A stretch of DNA of 64,000 bases from Pseudomonadota bacterium (GTDB lineage: Bacteria > Bdellovibrionota_B > Oligoflexia > Oligoflexales > CAIYRB01): assembly GCA_031416315.1 (NCBI GenBank), contig JANOTL010000159.1, positions 1 to 64,000 on the forward strand, in the 5' to 3' direction. Of this stretch, positions 27,549-37,100 are shown in pieces (position 1 is the first letter of the stretch; every line of letters starts with the position of its first letter). Below the pieces are notes generated by a model. It saw only the letters and a program-made list of their open reading frames with translations, had not been told where the DNA came from and ran no database searches. The translations under genes and the position numbers were made by a program.

Positions 27549-28433
27549 ATGCAGCTTGCGCGCATCATCGCAGTTTGTCTCGCCGCGACCCTGCCGCTCG
27601 GCGGCGTCGCCTGCAACAGCGGCGAGTTCGCCGGCTCCGGCGCCAAAACTGAGACCAAAAAAGCCGCGGCGAAGAAGGACTCTCCGGACACCGAAAAGCC
27701 GCAGGACAAAGGCAAGCCCGAGAAGCCGGAAAAAGAGAAGCCGAGCAAGGACAAGCCGAAAGAGAAGCCGGACAAGAAGCCGGTTGATCCGGGCGACGAG
27801 GGCGACGGCGCGCCGCTGGACGACAAGACTCCCGACGAGCCGCTCTTCAAGGACCTGACCGACAACGCCCCCGCGGGACCCGGCGAGGACACCGACACGT
27901 CGAACGGCCAGCCCTTCATCGACCTTCTCGGCGGCCTCCTGAGTGGCCCGGGCATCGACTCCGGCGACCTCGGCACGCAGCCGAACGACAACGAGATCAT
28001 CTTCGGCGATACCAAGACTTTCCACTTGGGCGACGGCCAGATGACGCAGAGCTCCTGCATCGAGGGCATCTCGCCCTATCCGGTCGCCGGCAAGCAGTAC
28101 CTCTTCGAGTTCGAGGTCTTGGGCGACGGCGCCGTCTCGGTCAACATCGGCACGGTCTGCGGCGTCGACTACAGCGACACCAACCTCGTCTTCATCGCCC
28201 AGAACGGCAGCCCCGTCGGCACGCCGACGCCGCTCCCGATCGGCGCCTCCAGCGCCCAGATCCCTTCGACCAACCTGACCAAAGGCAAATACTCCATCGG
28301 CGTCGAGTCCCGCATCGGCACCTCCGACCCGCAAGGCAACCCGAACGACGCCGACGACTACATCTTGGGCAAGGTCAAGATCTCCTCCCAGGGCGCCAAA
28401 ATCAAAATCGGCAAGGTCTACGTCAACCCGTAA
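27549..28433 (+). CDS. Lipoprotein with K/P/E/D-rich disordered linker and C-terminal beta domain
   Basis: Lipobox GVAC, KPEK-like repeats, two Cys in the C-terminal domain. Confidence 0.8.
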   Translation: MQLARIIAVCLAATLPLGGVACNSGEFAGSGAKTETKKAAAKKDSPDTEKPQDKGKPEKPEKEKPSKDKPKEKPDKKPVDPGDEGDGAPLDDKTPDEPLFKDLTDNAPAGPGEDTDTSNGQPFIDLLGGLLSGPGIDSGDLGTQPNDNEIIFGDTKTFHLGDGQMTQSSCIEGISPYPVAGKQYLFEFEVLGDGAVSVNIGTVCGVDYSDTNLVFIAQNGSPVGTPTPLPIGASSAQIPSTNLTKGKYSIGVESRIGTSDPQGNPNDADDYILGKVKISSQGAKIKIGKVYVNP

Positions 28434-28470
28434 CCCCTCCCGTCGATCCTCGACTTTCGACTCTCGACTC

Positions 28471-28507
28471 ACATGAAGCCGCCTCGCCCCGCGAGGCGGC
28501 TTCATGT
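28471..28507. terminator. Perfect 17-bp hairpin
   Basis: ACATGAAGCCGCCTCGC-CCC-GCGAGGCGGCTTCATGT. Confidence 0.65.
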
Positions 28508-29433
28508 ATCGTGCCGGCGTGTCCGACGCCCTCGCACCTCCGTTCCCCTTAGCCGGTGAGCTCTCCGCCCTCGGCGCCGCCATGATTTGGTCGATTTCCA
28601 CCACGATCTACGCGCGCCACGGCCGCGTCTTCTCCTCCGCCTTCTTGAACCTCTTCAAGAACGTCGTCGCGCTCGTCCTCTTGACGATCGTGATCGTGAC
28701 CCTCGCGCTGCCGCTCCCCCGCTTCGCGACCGAGGCCGACACCTACTTCTGGCTCGCGGCTTCCGGCGTCGTCGGCTTGGCCCTCGGCGACACCGGCCTT
28801 TTCGCGGCGCTCCGCCGCCTCGGCGCGCAGCTCACGACTTCGATCCAGTGCCTTTCGCCGCCGATCTCCGCGCTCATCGCGGCCATCTTCCTGCACGAGT
28901 CGATGACCACCCCGGAGCTCGTCGGCATGCTCGTCACCGCCGGCGCCGTCGCCGGCATCGTCTACTTCCGCGATCAAACCAGCCTCGACGCGCCCGCCGG
29001 CAAAGTCCTCCTCGGCGGCATCGTCTTCGCGCTGATCTCCGCCACCTGTCAAGGCGCTCAAGTCGTGATGCAACGTCACGCCCTGCTGAGCGGGGTTCAT
29101 GTCATCGTCGGCACGGCCTTACGCATCGGCCCGGCGCTTCTCGTCCTTCTCGCGATGAACGCGCCAAAGCTTCGCGCCGAGCCGCCCGCGACCGTCGTCA
29201 AAAAGCCTTGGGCCTTTCTCTTCGTCGCGGCATTCCTGGGCACCTTCCTCGGTTTGATTCTCGCCTCCGTCGGCGCGAAGTACGCCAAGGCCGGCGTCGC
29301 GGCGGCCCTCACCTCGACCTATCCCGTCTGGGTGATGCCGATCGCCCGCGTCTATCTCAACGAGCGCATAGGCTGGCCCCGCGCCGCATGTACCGTCCTC
29401 GCCGTTTGCGGCATCATCATTCTCGTCTTCTGA
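28504..29433 (+). CDS. DMT/EamA family transporter
   Basis: About 10 TM helices in two repeats. The true start may be the GTG at 28519. Confidence 0.88.
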   Translation: MYRAGVSDALAPPFPLAGELSALGAAMIWSISTTIYARHGRVFSSAFLNLFKNVVALVLLTIVIVTLALPLPRFATEADTYFWLAASGVVGLALGDTGLFAALRRLGAQLTTSIQCLSPPISALIAAIFLHESMTTPELVGMLVTAGAVAGIVYFRDQTSLDAPAGKVLLGGIVFALISATCQGAQVVMQRHALLSGVHVIVGTALRIGPALLVLLAMNAPKLRAEPPATVVKKPWAFLFVAAFLGTFLGLILASVGAKYAKAGVAAALTSTYPVWVMPIARVYLNERIGWPRAACTVLAVCGIIILVF

Positions 29434-29457
29434 GCGCCTCTCTAGGAGCCACCGAGC

Positions 29458-29898
29458 GTGCAAACCCCGTTCAGCAACTTCCCGCATCCCGACAACTTCG
29501 GCCGCATCTTGGGCTACGAGGTGAAAAGCTTCGACCGCGAGCAACGCGAGGCGATGGTCCGTCTGCCAACCCGCGACGACCACGTCTCGCCCTCCGGCAA
29601 GATCCACGGCGGCGTCATCTCCGCGCTCCTCGACTACAGCTGCGGCGTCGCCACCTGCACGACCCTCGGCGACGGCGAGCTGTGCTCGACCGTCGAGATC
29701 AAGGTGAACTACTTCCGCCCCGTCAATCTCGGGGAAGTGCTCGAGGCGACCGCGCGCGTCGTCTTCCGCGGCAAGAAGCTCTGCGGCCTCACGGCGCTGC
29801 TCCACCGCGCCGGCGATCCGGAGCCGGTTGCCATGGCCTCCGCGACCTTCAACATCATCCGCAGCGAAGGCCCCACAAAAGGCGGGGGCACGGCCTGA
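29458..29898 (+). CDS. PaaI-family thioesterase
   Basis: GKIHGGVISALLD and TVEIKVNYFRP motifs. Confidence 0.9.
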   Translation: MQTPFSNFPHPDNFGRILGYEVKSFDREQREAMVRLPTRDDHVSPSGKIHGGVISALLDYSCGVATCTTLGDGELCSTVEIKVNYFRPVNLGEVLEATARVVFRGKKLCGLTALLHRAGDPEPVAMASATFNIIRSEGPTKGGGTA

Positions 29899-29920
29899 GA
29901 AAGCCGTGCCCGTCGATGGA

Positions 29921-30083
29921 CTTCGCTGTACCGATGCTGGTCAAGTGCCTGGCAGATGTTGACACGCAGCGCGTGCCGGGAACCGGGAAGGCCTCGTGTG
30001 AGGCTGAGAGGCGCGTTCTAAGAGCTTTGAGATACGTACTTGACCGAAGGAGCCGGCGAAGCCGACCCGTAGGTACAGCGAAG
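29921..30083. ncRNA. Candidate structured non-coding RNA, unassigned
   Basis: Nested inverted repeats CTTCGCTGTACC/GGTACAGCGAAG and GGTCAAGT/ACTTGACC, with internal hairpins, in a 290-bp intergenic gap. Confidence 0.4.
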
Positions 30084-30192
30084 ATGACGTTTCACGCGCC
30101 TCGGAGAGCTTTGATGTTTCCACTGTAAAGCCGCCCCCGAGCTGCCGCGAATATCATCCCCCGGACAAATATTACTGAGTCTAACCAGGCTG

Positions 30193-30594
30193 TTAAAGAC
30201 CAGCCCCGCGATCTTGGCCGCCCCCCCGCGGCTGGCGAATCAATTTATCGTTTAGATTCCGTCTGCTTACAGCAAACGCCGCAACTTCCGCCTCCATCTT
30301 GCCGACGCACGTCAACCCGAACATCTTGAAGTCGGCGAGGAGGGACCACAGCGGATACGTCCAGCTCGCCGGCTTGTTCTTCTCGATCACGAAGTGCCCG
30401 AACCAGGCGAAGCCGTAACCCGCGACCGGTAGAAGCAGCACGAGCCAAGCTTTTCCTGTCGCCAGCGCGGTGGCCGCCAAGGCGATCACCAAGGTCGTGC
30501 CGATGAAGTGCAGGCGCCGGTTCTTGCGGTCGGAGTGCTCGCCGACGTAGTACGGCCAGAACTCCGTGAAACTTTGAATGCGCTTCTCGCTCAC
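30193..30594 (-). CDS. DUF962/Mpo1-like membrane protein
   Basis: FWPYY..EH...NRRLH, GYGFAWFGH...EKNKPA...YP.WS. Confidence 0.88.
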   Translation of the reverse strand: MSEKRIQSFTEFWPYYVGEHSDRKNRRLHFIGTTLVIALAATALATGKAWLVLLLPVAGYGFAWFGHFVIEKNKPASWTYPLWSLLADFKMFGLTCVGKMEAEVAAFAVSRRNLNDKLIRQPRGGGQDRGAGL

Positions 30595-30627
30595 TCCGCC
30601 CCCCCGCTTTTCGGTAGATTCCCCTCC

Positions 30628-31275
30628 ATGAATACAGCCTCGCCGCGTCCCGTCAAAGCCTGTCTCTTCGACATGGGCAATACGCTCGTCATCATCGACA
30701 ACGCTCGGAAGGAGCGCGCCGTCGGCTCGGTGCTCGGCATCACGCCGGATGCCGCGAAAGCTCTCTTGAGCCGCGACTCCCTGCAGGATCGCCTGGAGGG
30801 CGGCACCCTTTCGACGCAGGACTTCCTCGACGCGCTCCGCGACGCCAGCCGCCGCCGCGTCACTGACGCCGCGCTGCGCGCCGCGTTTTGCGACATGTTC
30901 TCGGAGCTCCCAGGCGCTGCGACCCTCGTGCGTGAGCTGCACGACGCCGGCACGCGCCTCGTCGTCGTCTCGAACACCAACCAGATCCATATCGACTTCG
31001 TGCTGGAGCATTACCCGCATCTCCAGCTTTTCGACGCCCACGTGTATTCCCACGTCATCGTGTCGATGAAACCCGAGACGAAGTTCTACGCTGCGGCCGA
31101 CGATGTCGCCCTCGCGCCCCGTCCCCAGTCGATCTTCATCGATGACCTCGCGGTCAACGTCGATGGTGCCAAGGCCTTCGGCTTCGCCGGCCACCTGATG
31201 ATCCCGAACGCGAGCGGGGTTGCCGCCCTCCGCGCAAACCTGCGAGATCTCGGCGCACTTGGGGACAACTTGTGA
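30628..31275 (+). CDS. HAD-family phosphatase
   Basis: FDMGN, SNT, KP and FIDD motifs. Confidence 0.88.
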   Translation: MNTASPRPVKACLFDMGNTLVIIDNARKERAVGSVLGITPDAAKALLSRDSLQDRLEGGTLSTQDFLDALRDASRRRVTDAALRAAFCDMFSELPGAATLVRELHDAGTRLVVVSNTNQIHIDFVLEHYPHLQLFDAHVYSHVIVSMKPETKFYAAADDVALAPRPQSIFIDDLAVNVDGAKAFGFAGHLMIPNASGVAALRANLRDLGALGDNL

Positions 31276-31352
31276 GCTCGCCAAGTCGGCCTTGGGAATT
31301 CCTCTAAGGATTCTTACGCCTTCGACGATGAACCCCACGCAGCTCAATTCGC

Positions 31353-32456
31353 GTGGAGATCTTCGTCGTGCGCCGCCTTTGGCTCCTCCCATTGCCGCTA
31401 ATCTTCGTCGCCTCCGACCTTCTGGCGCAGTCGGTCGACCTGCGCGCGGTCGGCGATGCCGCCTACATCGCGGGCTACGCGATTTACGGCACCCCGCCGC
31501 CCGACTGGGTGAAGGACCGCCTGAAGGACTTCGCCGTCCTGAAGTCTCCCGACCTCAACTTCCTCAACCTCGAAGCCAACCTGACCCGAGGCTGCAAGCG
31601 CTTCTTTCCGAAGGATTTCCAGTTCGCGGTCGCTCCCGAGGCGCTCGCCGCCTTCGCGAAAGAAGGCTTTAACCTCGTCTCCCTTGCCAACAACCACGGC
31701 CAGGACTGCGTCGACCCGGACTCCGCCCTCGAGATCGACAAGGCCTTGGCCGCCGCTCGGGCCCAGGCGCCCGACTTCGTCGCCCACGGCATCTCCGCCA
31801 ACGTCGACCGCCTCGCGCGCGAGCCTGCCATCTTCGAGAAGAACGGCGTGCGCATCGGGATGATCGCGATCAAAGGCTGGGAGGGGGGCAAGCGCGCCAA
31901 CATCGGAAATACCGATAACCGCATCGAGCTCTTCACCGCCCTCCGCGACGCCAAGGTCGACATCCGCATTCTCAGCGTGCACGGCGGCACGGAGAGCTCC
32001 CGCCGTCCCCACGAAGTGATCATGAGCCTAGCGCGCGAGTTCGTCGGCAAATACGGCGGCGACCTCGTCCTCGCGCATCATCCCCACGTCATGCAGGGCT
32101 TCGAGCTCCTAGAGAAGGCCGATGGCCGCGTCGCCGCGGTCTTCTACTCGCTCGGCAACTTCCTTCACAACGGCCTCAGCGACCGCGGCGACGGCATGCT
32201 TGCGCGCGTTCGACTGACGAGGGAAGGCCTCGATCCCAACGCCGTCGAGGCCTTCCCGCTCGCGCGCGCCAACACGCGTCCCGGCCCGATCACACCGGCT
32301 GAGCTCCCGGGCGCTCTGGCCGTTCTCAAGACCTCGAGCGCCGTTGCCCTTGCCCGCAAGCTTCCGGCTGGCTTGAAGCAGGTGCCGTTCCAACTTCTCC
32401 GCATCGAAGCGCCCGCTCCCGGACTTCGCCTGCTCGTCACCCCGTCCAAACCGTAA
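31353..32456 (+). CDS. CapA (PGA_cap) family metallophosphoesterase, exported
   Basis: VGD, NLE, LANNH, SVHGG, HHPHV and YSLGNF motifs. Confidence 0.85.
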   Translation: MEIFVVRRLWLLPLPLIFVASDLLAQSVDLRAVGDAAYIAGYAIYGTPPPDWVKDRLKDFAVLKSPDLNFLNLEANLTRGCKRFFPKDFQFAVAPEALAAFAKEGFNLVSLANNHGQDCVDPDSALEIDKALAAARAQAPDFVAHGISANVDRLAREPAIFEKNGVRIGMIAIKGWEGGKRANIGNTDNRIELFTALRDAKVDIRILSVHGGTESSRRPHEVIMSLAREFVGKYGGDLVLAHHPHVMQGFELLEKADGRVAAVFYSLGNFLHNGLSDRGDGMLARVRLTREGLDPNAVEAFPLARANTRPGPITPAELPGALAVLKTSSAVALARKLPAGLKQVPFQLLRIEAPAPGLRLLVTPSKP

Positions 32457-32625
32457 ACACCGAGCGCGCGCTATCGCCCGCGCCAAGTCCTCGAAACCCT
32501 GGCCCTTCCTGCCTTTTGGGCCGTGGTCGCATCTTTGCAGTGTCAGCAACACACTCGAATTCCCCGCGGCTCTTCCCCGTAGTCCTCCGTAAACGCTGAC
32601 GCCTTCTCGTCCCCTTGGCACTCGC

Positions 32626-32653
32626 TCAAGTCATGGCTCATTGGAGCCGATGA
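32626..32653 (+). promoter_or_regulatory. Putative sigma28-type promoter
   Basis: TCAAG-N15-GCCGATGA upstream of the lipoprotein operon. Confidence 0.55.
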
Positions 32654-32703
32654 AGTGAATTGAGCGGAACCGATGCTTTGCGTTTTCCTAGGACGAGGGT
32701 CTC

Positions 32704-33948
32704 TTGAAATCACGTTCGTTGAGACGAAACGCCCTGATGGCGCCCTTGGCCGCGGCCCTGGTCGTCGCCGCCTGCGGCGAAGGCGGCGCCAAAGTCAACG
32801 CGCCCCCGATGGGCGCGCAGAGCAACTTGCGCCCGGGCACATCGAATACGCTCGACCAGAAACCGAATCCAGGCGGTGGTGGCGCCACTCCCGGCGGCGG
32901 CTCGCTCGCCGCCGACCTCGAAGGCAAATCGATCATCGAGGCCAAGTACGGCCTCAACATCAAGGCCGCCGGCTTCGACTTCTGCGAAGGCCAGGCGATC
33001 TTCAAGATCAACGTGCCGGCGGCGCCGAAAGCGGGCATCAAGCCCAAGCCGCCGCTCGACCTGAAGTGCGTCTCGATCAATTGCTCCATCGTCGGCGAGA
33101 TCCGTCTCGACAACCTCCTCGGCGGCCTCTCCTCCGGTACCGCGAGCGAGCTCGAGGCGCAGACCGGCAAAGGGATGAAGCTCGAGCTCGACGAGAAGTT
33201 CATCCGTTTCAGCGAGGCCGGCCCGATCACCTACAATCCGCCGCTGATCCTGATCCCGAACTTCTCCGGCGGCTCGAAGGAATTCCTGAAGTCGATGAAC
33301 GAGACGCAGCCCGTGACGCTGCAGGACAGCACGGCCGGCGCCTCCGCCAGCGGCACCCAGACCATCAAGACGACGATGTTCGAGCAATCCTGGAACGAGC
33401 ACAAGATCCCGAACGTCAAGTTCGAGGACGTCTTCCAGTTCCAGCTCGTCAACGACGGCTTCAACGGCATCGACAAGATCCCGGCGCTCCTCTTCGAGTC
33501 GTTCGAGATGACGATGAACCTGAAGCCGATCGCCATCGGCGAGATCCAGATCCGCATGGCGGCCGCCGACCTGATGGCCATGATGAAGAAGAAGGACGGC
33601 GCCGCAGCCCCCGTTTATGACCCCGAGTGCGGCCCGCCGCCTCCGGTCAAGCCCGACTCGGGCGGCCTAGGTTCGCTCCTCGGCGGCATCGGCGGCGGCG
33701 GCGGCAGCGGCTCGCCTTCCCTCCTCGGCTCCATCGTCGGCGTCCTCATGCCGGTGATCACCAAGCTCATCAAAGTCGAGCTCAAAGCGACCCTGTTGGA
33801 GCAAAAAGGCCTGAAAGAAGCCTTCGAGAAGCAAGACGAGTTCGACAAGCTCCTCGACTCCAGCAAGGTCAGCGAAGGCGAGGCCGACAAGGGCTCCAGC
33901 TCCGGCTCGAGCAAAAGCTCCGGCAGCAGCAGCAACGAGGACGGCTGA
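32704..33948 (+). CDS. Lipoprotein A (paralog of 34806..35717)
   Basis: Lipobox VAAC; aligns by eye with lipoprotein C. Confidence 0.8.
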   Translation: MKSRSLRRNALMAPLAAALVVAACGEGGAKVNAPPMGAQSNLRPGTSNTLDQKPNPGGGGATPGGGSLAADLEGKSIIEAKYGLNIKAAGFDFCEGQAIFKINVPAAPKAGIKPKPPLDLKCVSINCSIVGEIRLDNLLGGLSSGTASELEAQTGKGMKLELDEKFIRFSEAGPITYNPPLILIPNFSGGSKEFLKSMNETQPVTLQDSTAGASASGTQTIKTTMFEQSWNEHKIPNVKFEDVFQFQLVNDGFNGIDKIPALLFESFEMTMNLKPIAIGEIQIRMAAADLMAMMKKKDGAAAPVYDPECGPPPPVKPDSGGLGSLLGGIGGGGGSGSPSLLGSIVGVLMPVITKLIKVELKATLLEQKGLKEAFEKQDEFDKLLDSSKVSEGEADKGSSSGSSKSSGSSSNEDG

Positions 33949-33951
33949 GCC

Positions 33952-34800
33952 ATGCGCCGCCTTGCCGCCATCTTTGCCTTCGGAGCCGCCGCGACCCTCG
34001 CGGCAGGCTGCGGCGCGCCCGTGAAGAGCGCGAGCGAGGTCGCGAGCCTGTTTGCCGGCGACGCGACGACTCTGCAGCAAAAAGTCTCAGACCTCTGCGG
34101 CATCCTCGCCGCCCGTGACGCCGAGCCGACCCTGAAGAACACCAACATCCCGTACAACGACTGCGCGGACGTCGGTCTTGCCGCGCAGAACCTGACCGAC
34201 ATCGAGCGCTTCGGCTTCCTGGGCCTGGACTCGGGCAAGAAGGAAGACGACGTCATCCGCTTCGCTCTGCGCACCGAGGTCTGGCTCAATCGGGACCTGA
34301 TCGATCTCGCCAGCGTCGCCAGCGACCTCATGAAGAAGAAGAAGGCCGAAGGCGGCGGCAAAGGCATCCTCGACCTGCCCGAAGGCGGCGTCGGCAAGGC
34401 CGGCGGACCGATCAAGCTCGCGGTCAAGATCACCAAAGAGCCCAAGTTCGACCTCGCGGAGTTCGCCTTCGGCATGGAGCTCAACTTCAAGGCCGACGGC
34501 ATCATCCTCGCCGACAACACCATCGCCATCGACGGCAAGCTGATCGACAACAAAATCGCCGCGCACGTGCGCACCCTAGAGGACCAGCCGTTCGAGAAGT
34601 CGATCCTGAAGTCGCTCGAAGCCTTGTTCATCGCCACTCCGCATGCCGGGGACGTCTACGTCGACGTCTTCCTGGACATGCAGGTCCACTCCCTCGGCGT
34701 CGGCGACGAGGCGATCAAATCCAAAGTCCAAGACCTGATGAGCTCCTATCTCAAGACGGCCATCGACGGCCTCTTGAACCTGAAGAAGAAAGAGGGCTGA
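33952..34800 (+). CDS. Lipoprotein B
   Basis: Lipobox AAGC, 3-bp gap to the previous gene, beta-rich core with a C-terminal helix. Confidence 0.8.
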   Translation: MRRLAAIFAFGAAATLAAGCGAPVKSASEVASLFAGDATTLQQKVSDLCGILAARDAEPTLKNTNIPYNDCADVGLAAQNLTDIERFGFLGLDSGKKEDDVIRFALRTEVWLNRDLIDLASVASDLMKKKKAEGGGKGILDLPEGGVGKAGGPIKLAVKITKEPKFDLAEFAFGMELNFKADGIILADNTIAIDGKLIDNKIAAHVRTLEDQPFEKSILKSLEALFIATPHAGDVYVDVFLDMQVHSLGVGDEAIKSKVQDLMSSYLKTAIDGLLNLKKKEG

Positions 34801-34805
34801 GCCCC

Positions 34806-35717
34806 ATGCGCGCGATCCACAACCTAAGCGCCGTCGCCCTTCTCGCCTCGCTTGTCGGCGTTGCCGCCTGCGACGAGTCGGACGAGAAGGTGTTCAAGAG
34901 CCCGGGCAACACCGAGTCGAAGCCGATGGCGACCATGATGGACAAGGTCAACGGCGCCGCCGACGGCCTGGCGGCCAGCGACGAGAAGCCGACGGTCGTG
35001 GCCTCGGCCACTTACCTGGTCAACGTCGAGACCGAGACGACCTCCGTTTGCAACGGCGAGTTCTCCGGCCAGATCATGTCGAACTTCTCCTTCAAGCTGC
35101 CCGAGGCCATGATCCAGTGCGCGGGCCTTCAGCTCGACATCGCCGCGATGCTCGCCGGCGGCCTGACCGGCGGCCTCGGCACCGGTGGCGGCGCCGCGTC
35201 CGGCTCCGGGTCGCCCGACCTCAACAATCTTGTCCACGACGGTCGCGTCCTCAGCATGAAGAGCTTCCTCGGCGCCACCTTCGACCCGCCGCGCCCCGTC
35301 CTTCTCGGACCGATCGTCCAGGACGCCGAGCGCTACAGGGATTTCAAAACCACCATCGAGACCACCCTCCGAGGGAAGCTCGGCGAGGAATCTTACAACA
35401 AGCCCGGCAAGTTCAAGATCGAGGTGCTCGAGCACAAGGGCACCTTCACGAACGACGCGATCAAGGACAAAGAGCCGCTGACCAACATCCTCCATTGGAA
35501 GATGGAGGCCGAGGGCTTCGAAGGCGTCCCTGTGATGCTCGGCCTGCCGATTCCCTACTTCGAGTTCGTTTGGAACACGCGTCCGATCATGATCCCGAAG
35601 GTCGTCGTCAAAGGCTCCCTCCTCAAGGGCCTCTTGAAAGGCGACTCGGCCCAGGTCGAGAAGCTCGCCGGCACGATCACGATTACTTTGATTGTGAAGG
35701 ACTACCAGCTCAACTGA
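34806..35717 (+). CDS. Lipoprotein C (paralog of 32704..33948)
   Basis: Lipobox VAAC; 5-bp gap to the previous gene. Confidence 0.8.
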   Translation: MRAIHNLSAVALLASLVGVAACDESDEKVFKSPGNTESKPMATMMDKVNGAADGLAASDEKPTVVASATYLVNVETETTSVCNGEFSGQIMSNFSFKLPEAMIQCAGLQLDIAAMLAGGLTGGLGTGGGAASGSGSPDLNNLVHDGRVLSMKSFLGATFDPPRPVLLGPIVQDAERYRDFKTTIETTLRGKLGEESYNKPGKFKIEVLEHKGTFTNDAIKDKEPLTNILHWKMEAEGFEGVPVMLGLPIPYFEFVWNTRPIMIPKVVVKGSLLKGLLKGDSAQVEKLAGTITITLIVKDYQLN

Positions 35718-35764
35718 CGCGCAAAGGACTACCCGGGCCGCGGAGCTTCCGGTAACCTTTCATC

Positions 35765-37087
35765 ATGTTGCGCCTCCTCCTCTCGATCCTAGTCGCCTTC
35801 TGCGTCGCGCCGCGCGCGCAAGCGCAGCTCAGCGGCGCCACCAATAAATTGATCGGTGACGCCGGCGTCGCCGGCTCGACCGCCTCTGCCGCCGAGATCA
35901 ACCCGGCCAACGCCGGCTTCGTCGATCGCACGCAGATCGACTCCAACGGCTCGCTCTTCTCGTCCAGCACGCTGCTCGTGCGCTATCCCGGCTTCGAGAC
36001 GGCCGAGACCTCGACCTCCGGCCTCAGCCTTCCGATCGGCGTCCCGCCGGGCTTCATCTACAAGCTGAACCCGCGCTTCGGCATCGGCGGCTTCTTCGTA
36101 CCCGGCGTCGGCCTCGGCCAGGACGTCGCGGCGAAAAGGATCCCGGTGATCATCCTCGGCACGCTCAACTACCTCGACATCGTCGGAAAGGGCACGCTCA
36201 ACGGCGCCGGCCATCTGACCGCCGGCTACCGCGTCCTGCCCAACCTCGGCGTCGGCCTCTCGTTCTCGACCCTATCGGCCGCCTTCGCAGTCGAAGGCAA
36301 ACCGTCGAACGGCGGCGCGACGCTCGTGAACGTGAAGGGCTCGATCTCCAACATGAGCATGACCTTCGGCGTGCGCTTCGACCCCGTCCCCAACAAGCTC
36401 GCGCTCGGCTTCACCACCGTCCTGGTCAACAAGAGCGACCTTCAGACCGACATCTCCTCGCCCCTGATCGACAGCGGCCTCGGTGGCGGCGGCGCGGGCG
36501 CCAAGCCCCCCGCCAGCGGCAAGCCGGGCAAGACAAGTAACGGCCAGCTCGACCCCTTCAAGTCCATCGAAGGCGGCTTCTCCTTCCGCATCACTCCGCG
36601 CGCGCGCGTCCTGGCGGACTTCGCCTACAGCCGCGCGAACAAGGAAGAGAAGATTTTCTCCCTCGTCGACCTTCGCGAAAAGAAGAAGGACGTCCACGAC
36701 ACCTTCAGCATCAAGGCCGGCGGCATCGTCGGCCTCACCGATAACGGCAACGTCATGGTCGGCTACCACAACGAGCCGGCCAAGATCGGCCAGGGCGCCA
36801 AGGGCGAGGGCACGCTCGCCGGCTTCGGCAGCATCGACCTGATCATGATTATGGCCGGCCTCGAGGAGCTCAAGCCCTACACGCAGTACGCCGGCGGCGC
36901 TCAGTTCGGCTTCATGCCGCAGAAAGAGAAGAAGGGCAAAGAGGTGAGCTACTACTACGCCCTGACTCTCTCGACGGGTCTCGTCTATCGCAAGGCCTCT
37001 TTGGGCATCGACGAGAAGGGCGAGTTGCCGGGGGCGTATCTGTCCAAGAAGACGACGATTCCTCTGGGAATCCTGTACCGCTTCTGA
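35765..37087 (+). CDS. FadL/OmpP1-like outer-membrane beta-barrel
   Basis: Signal peptide AQA, hatch-like N-terminus with NPA motif, amphipathic strands, C-terminal GILYRF beta-signal. Confidence 0.65.
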   Translation: MLRLLLSILVAFCVAPRAQAQLSGATNKLIGDAGVAGSTASAAEINPANAGFVDRTQIDSNGSLFSSSTLLVRYPGFETAETSTSGLSLPIGVPPGFIYKLNPRFGIGGFFVPGVGLGQDVAAKRIPVIILGTLNYLDIVGKGTLNGAGHLTAGYRVLPNLGVGLSFSTLSAAFAVEGKPSNGGATLVNVKGSISNMSMTFGVRFDPVPNKLALGFTTVLVNKSDLQTDISSPLIDSGLGGGGAGAKPPASGKPGKTSNGQLDPFKSIEGGFSFRITPRARVLADFAYSRANKEEKIFSLVDLREKKKDVHDTFSIKAGGIVGLTDNGNVMVGYHNEPAKIGQGAKGEGTLAGFGSIDLIMIMAGLEELKPYTQYAGGAQFGFMPQKEKKGKEVSYYYALTLSTGLVYRKASLGIDEKGELPGAYLSKKTTIPLGILYRF

Positions 37088-37100
37088 GTCCGTGTCCGCC

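Noticed and set aside
29941..30123. 60-aa minus-strand ORF inside the structured intergenic region
   Set aside because: No clear RBS or protein-like features; RNA structure explains the region better, though the ORF is not formally excluded.
29899..30192. tmRNA, RNase P RNA, SRP RNA or retron ncRNA
   Set aside because: Their hallmark motifs were not found by eye, and no reverse transcriptase is nearby.
31353..32456. Poly-gamma-glutamate capsule locus
   Set aside because: Only a CapA-family gene is present; no capB/capC in the window.
32615..32632. TTGGCAC as a sigma54 promoter
   Set aside because: No GC at the -12 position; the overlapping sigma28-like motif fits better.
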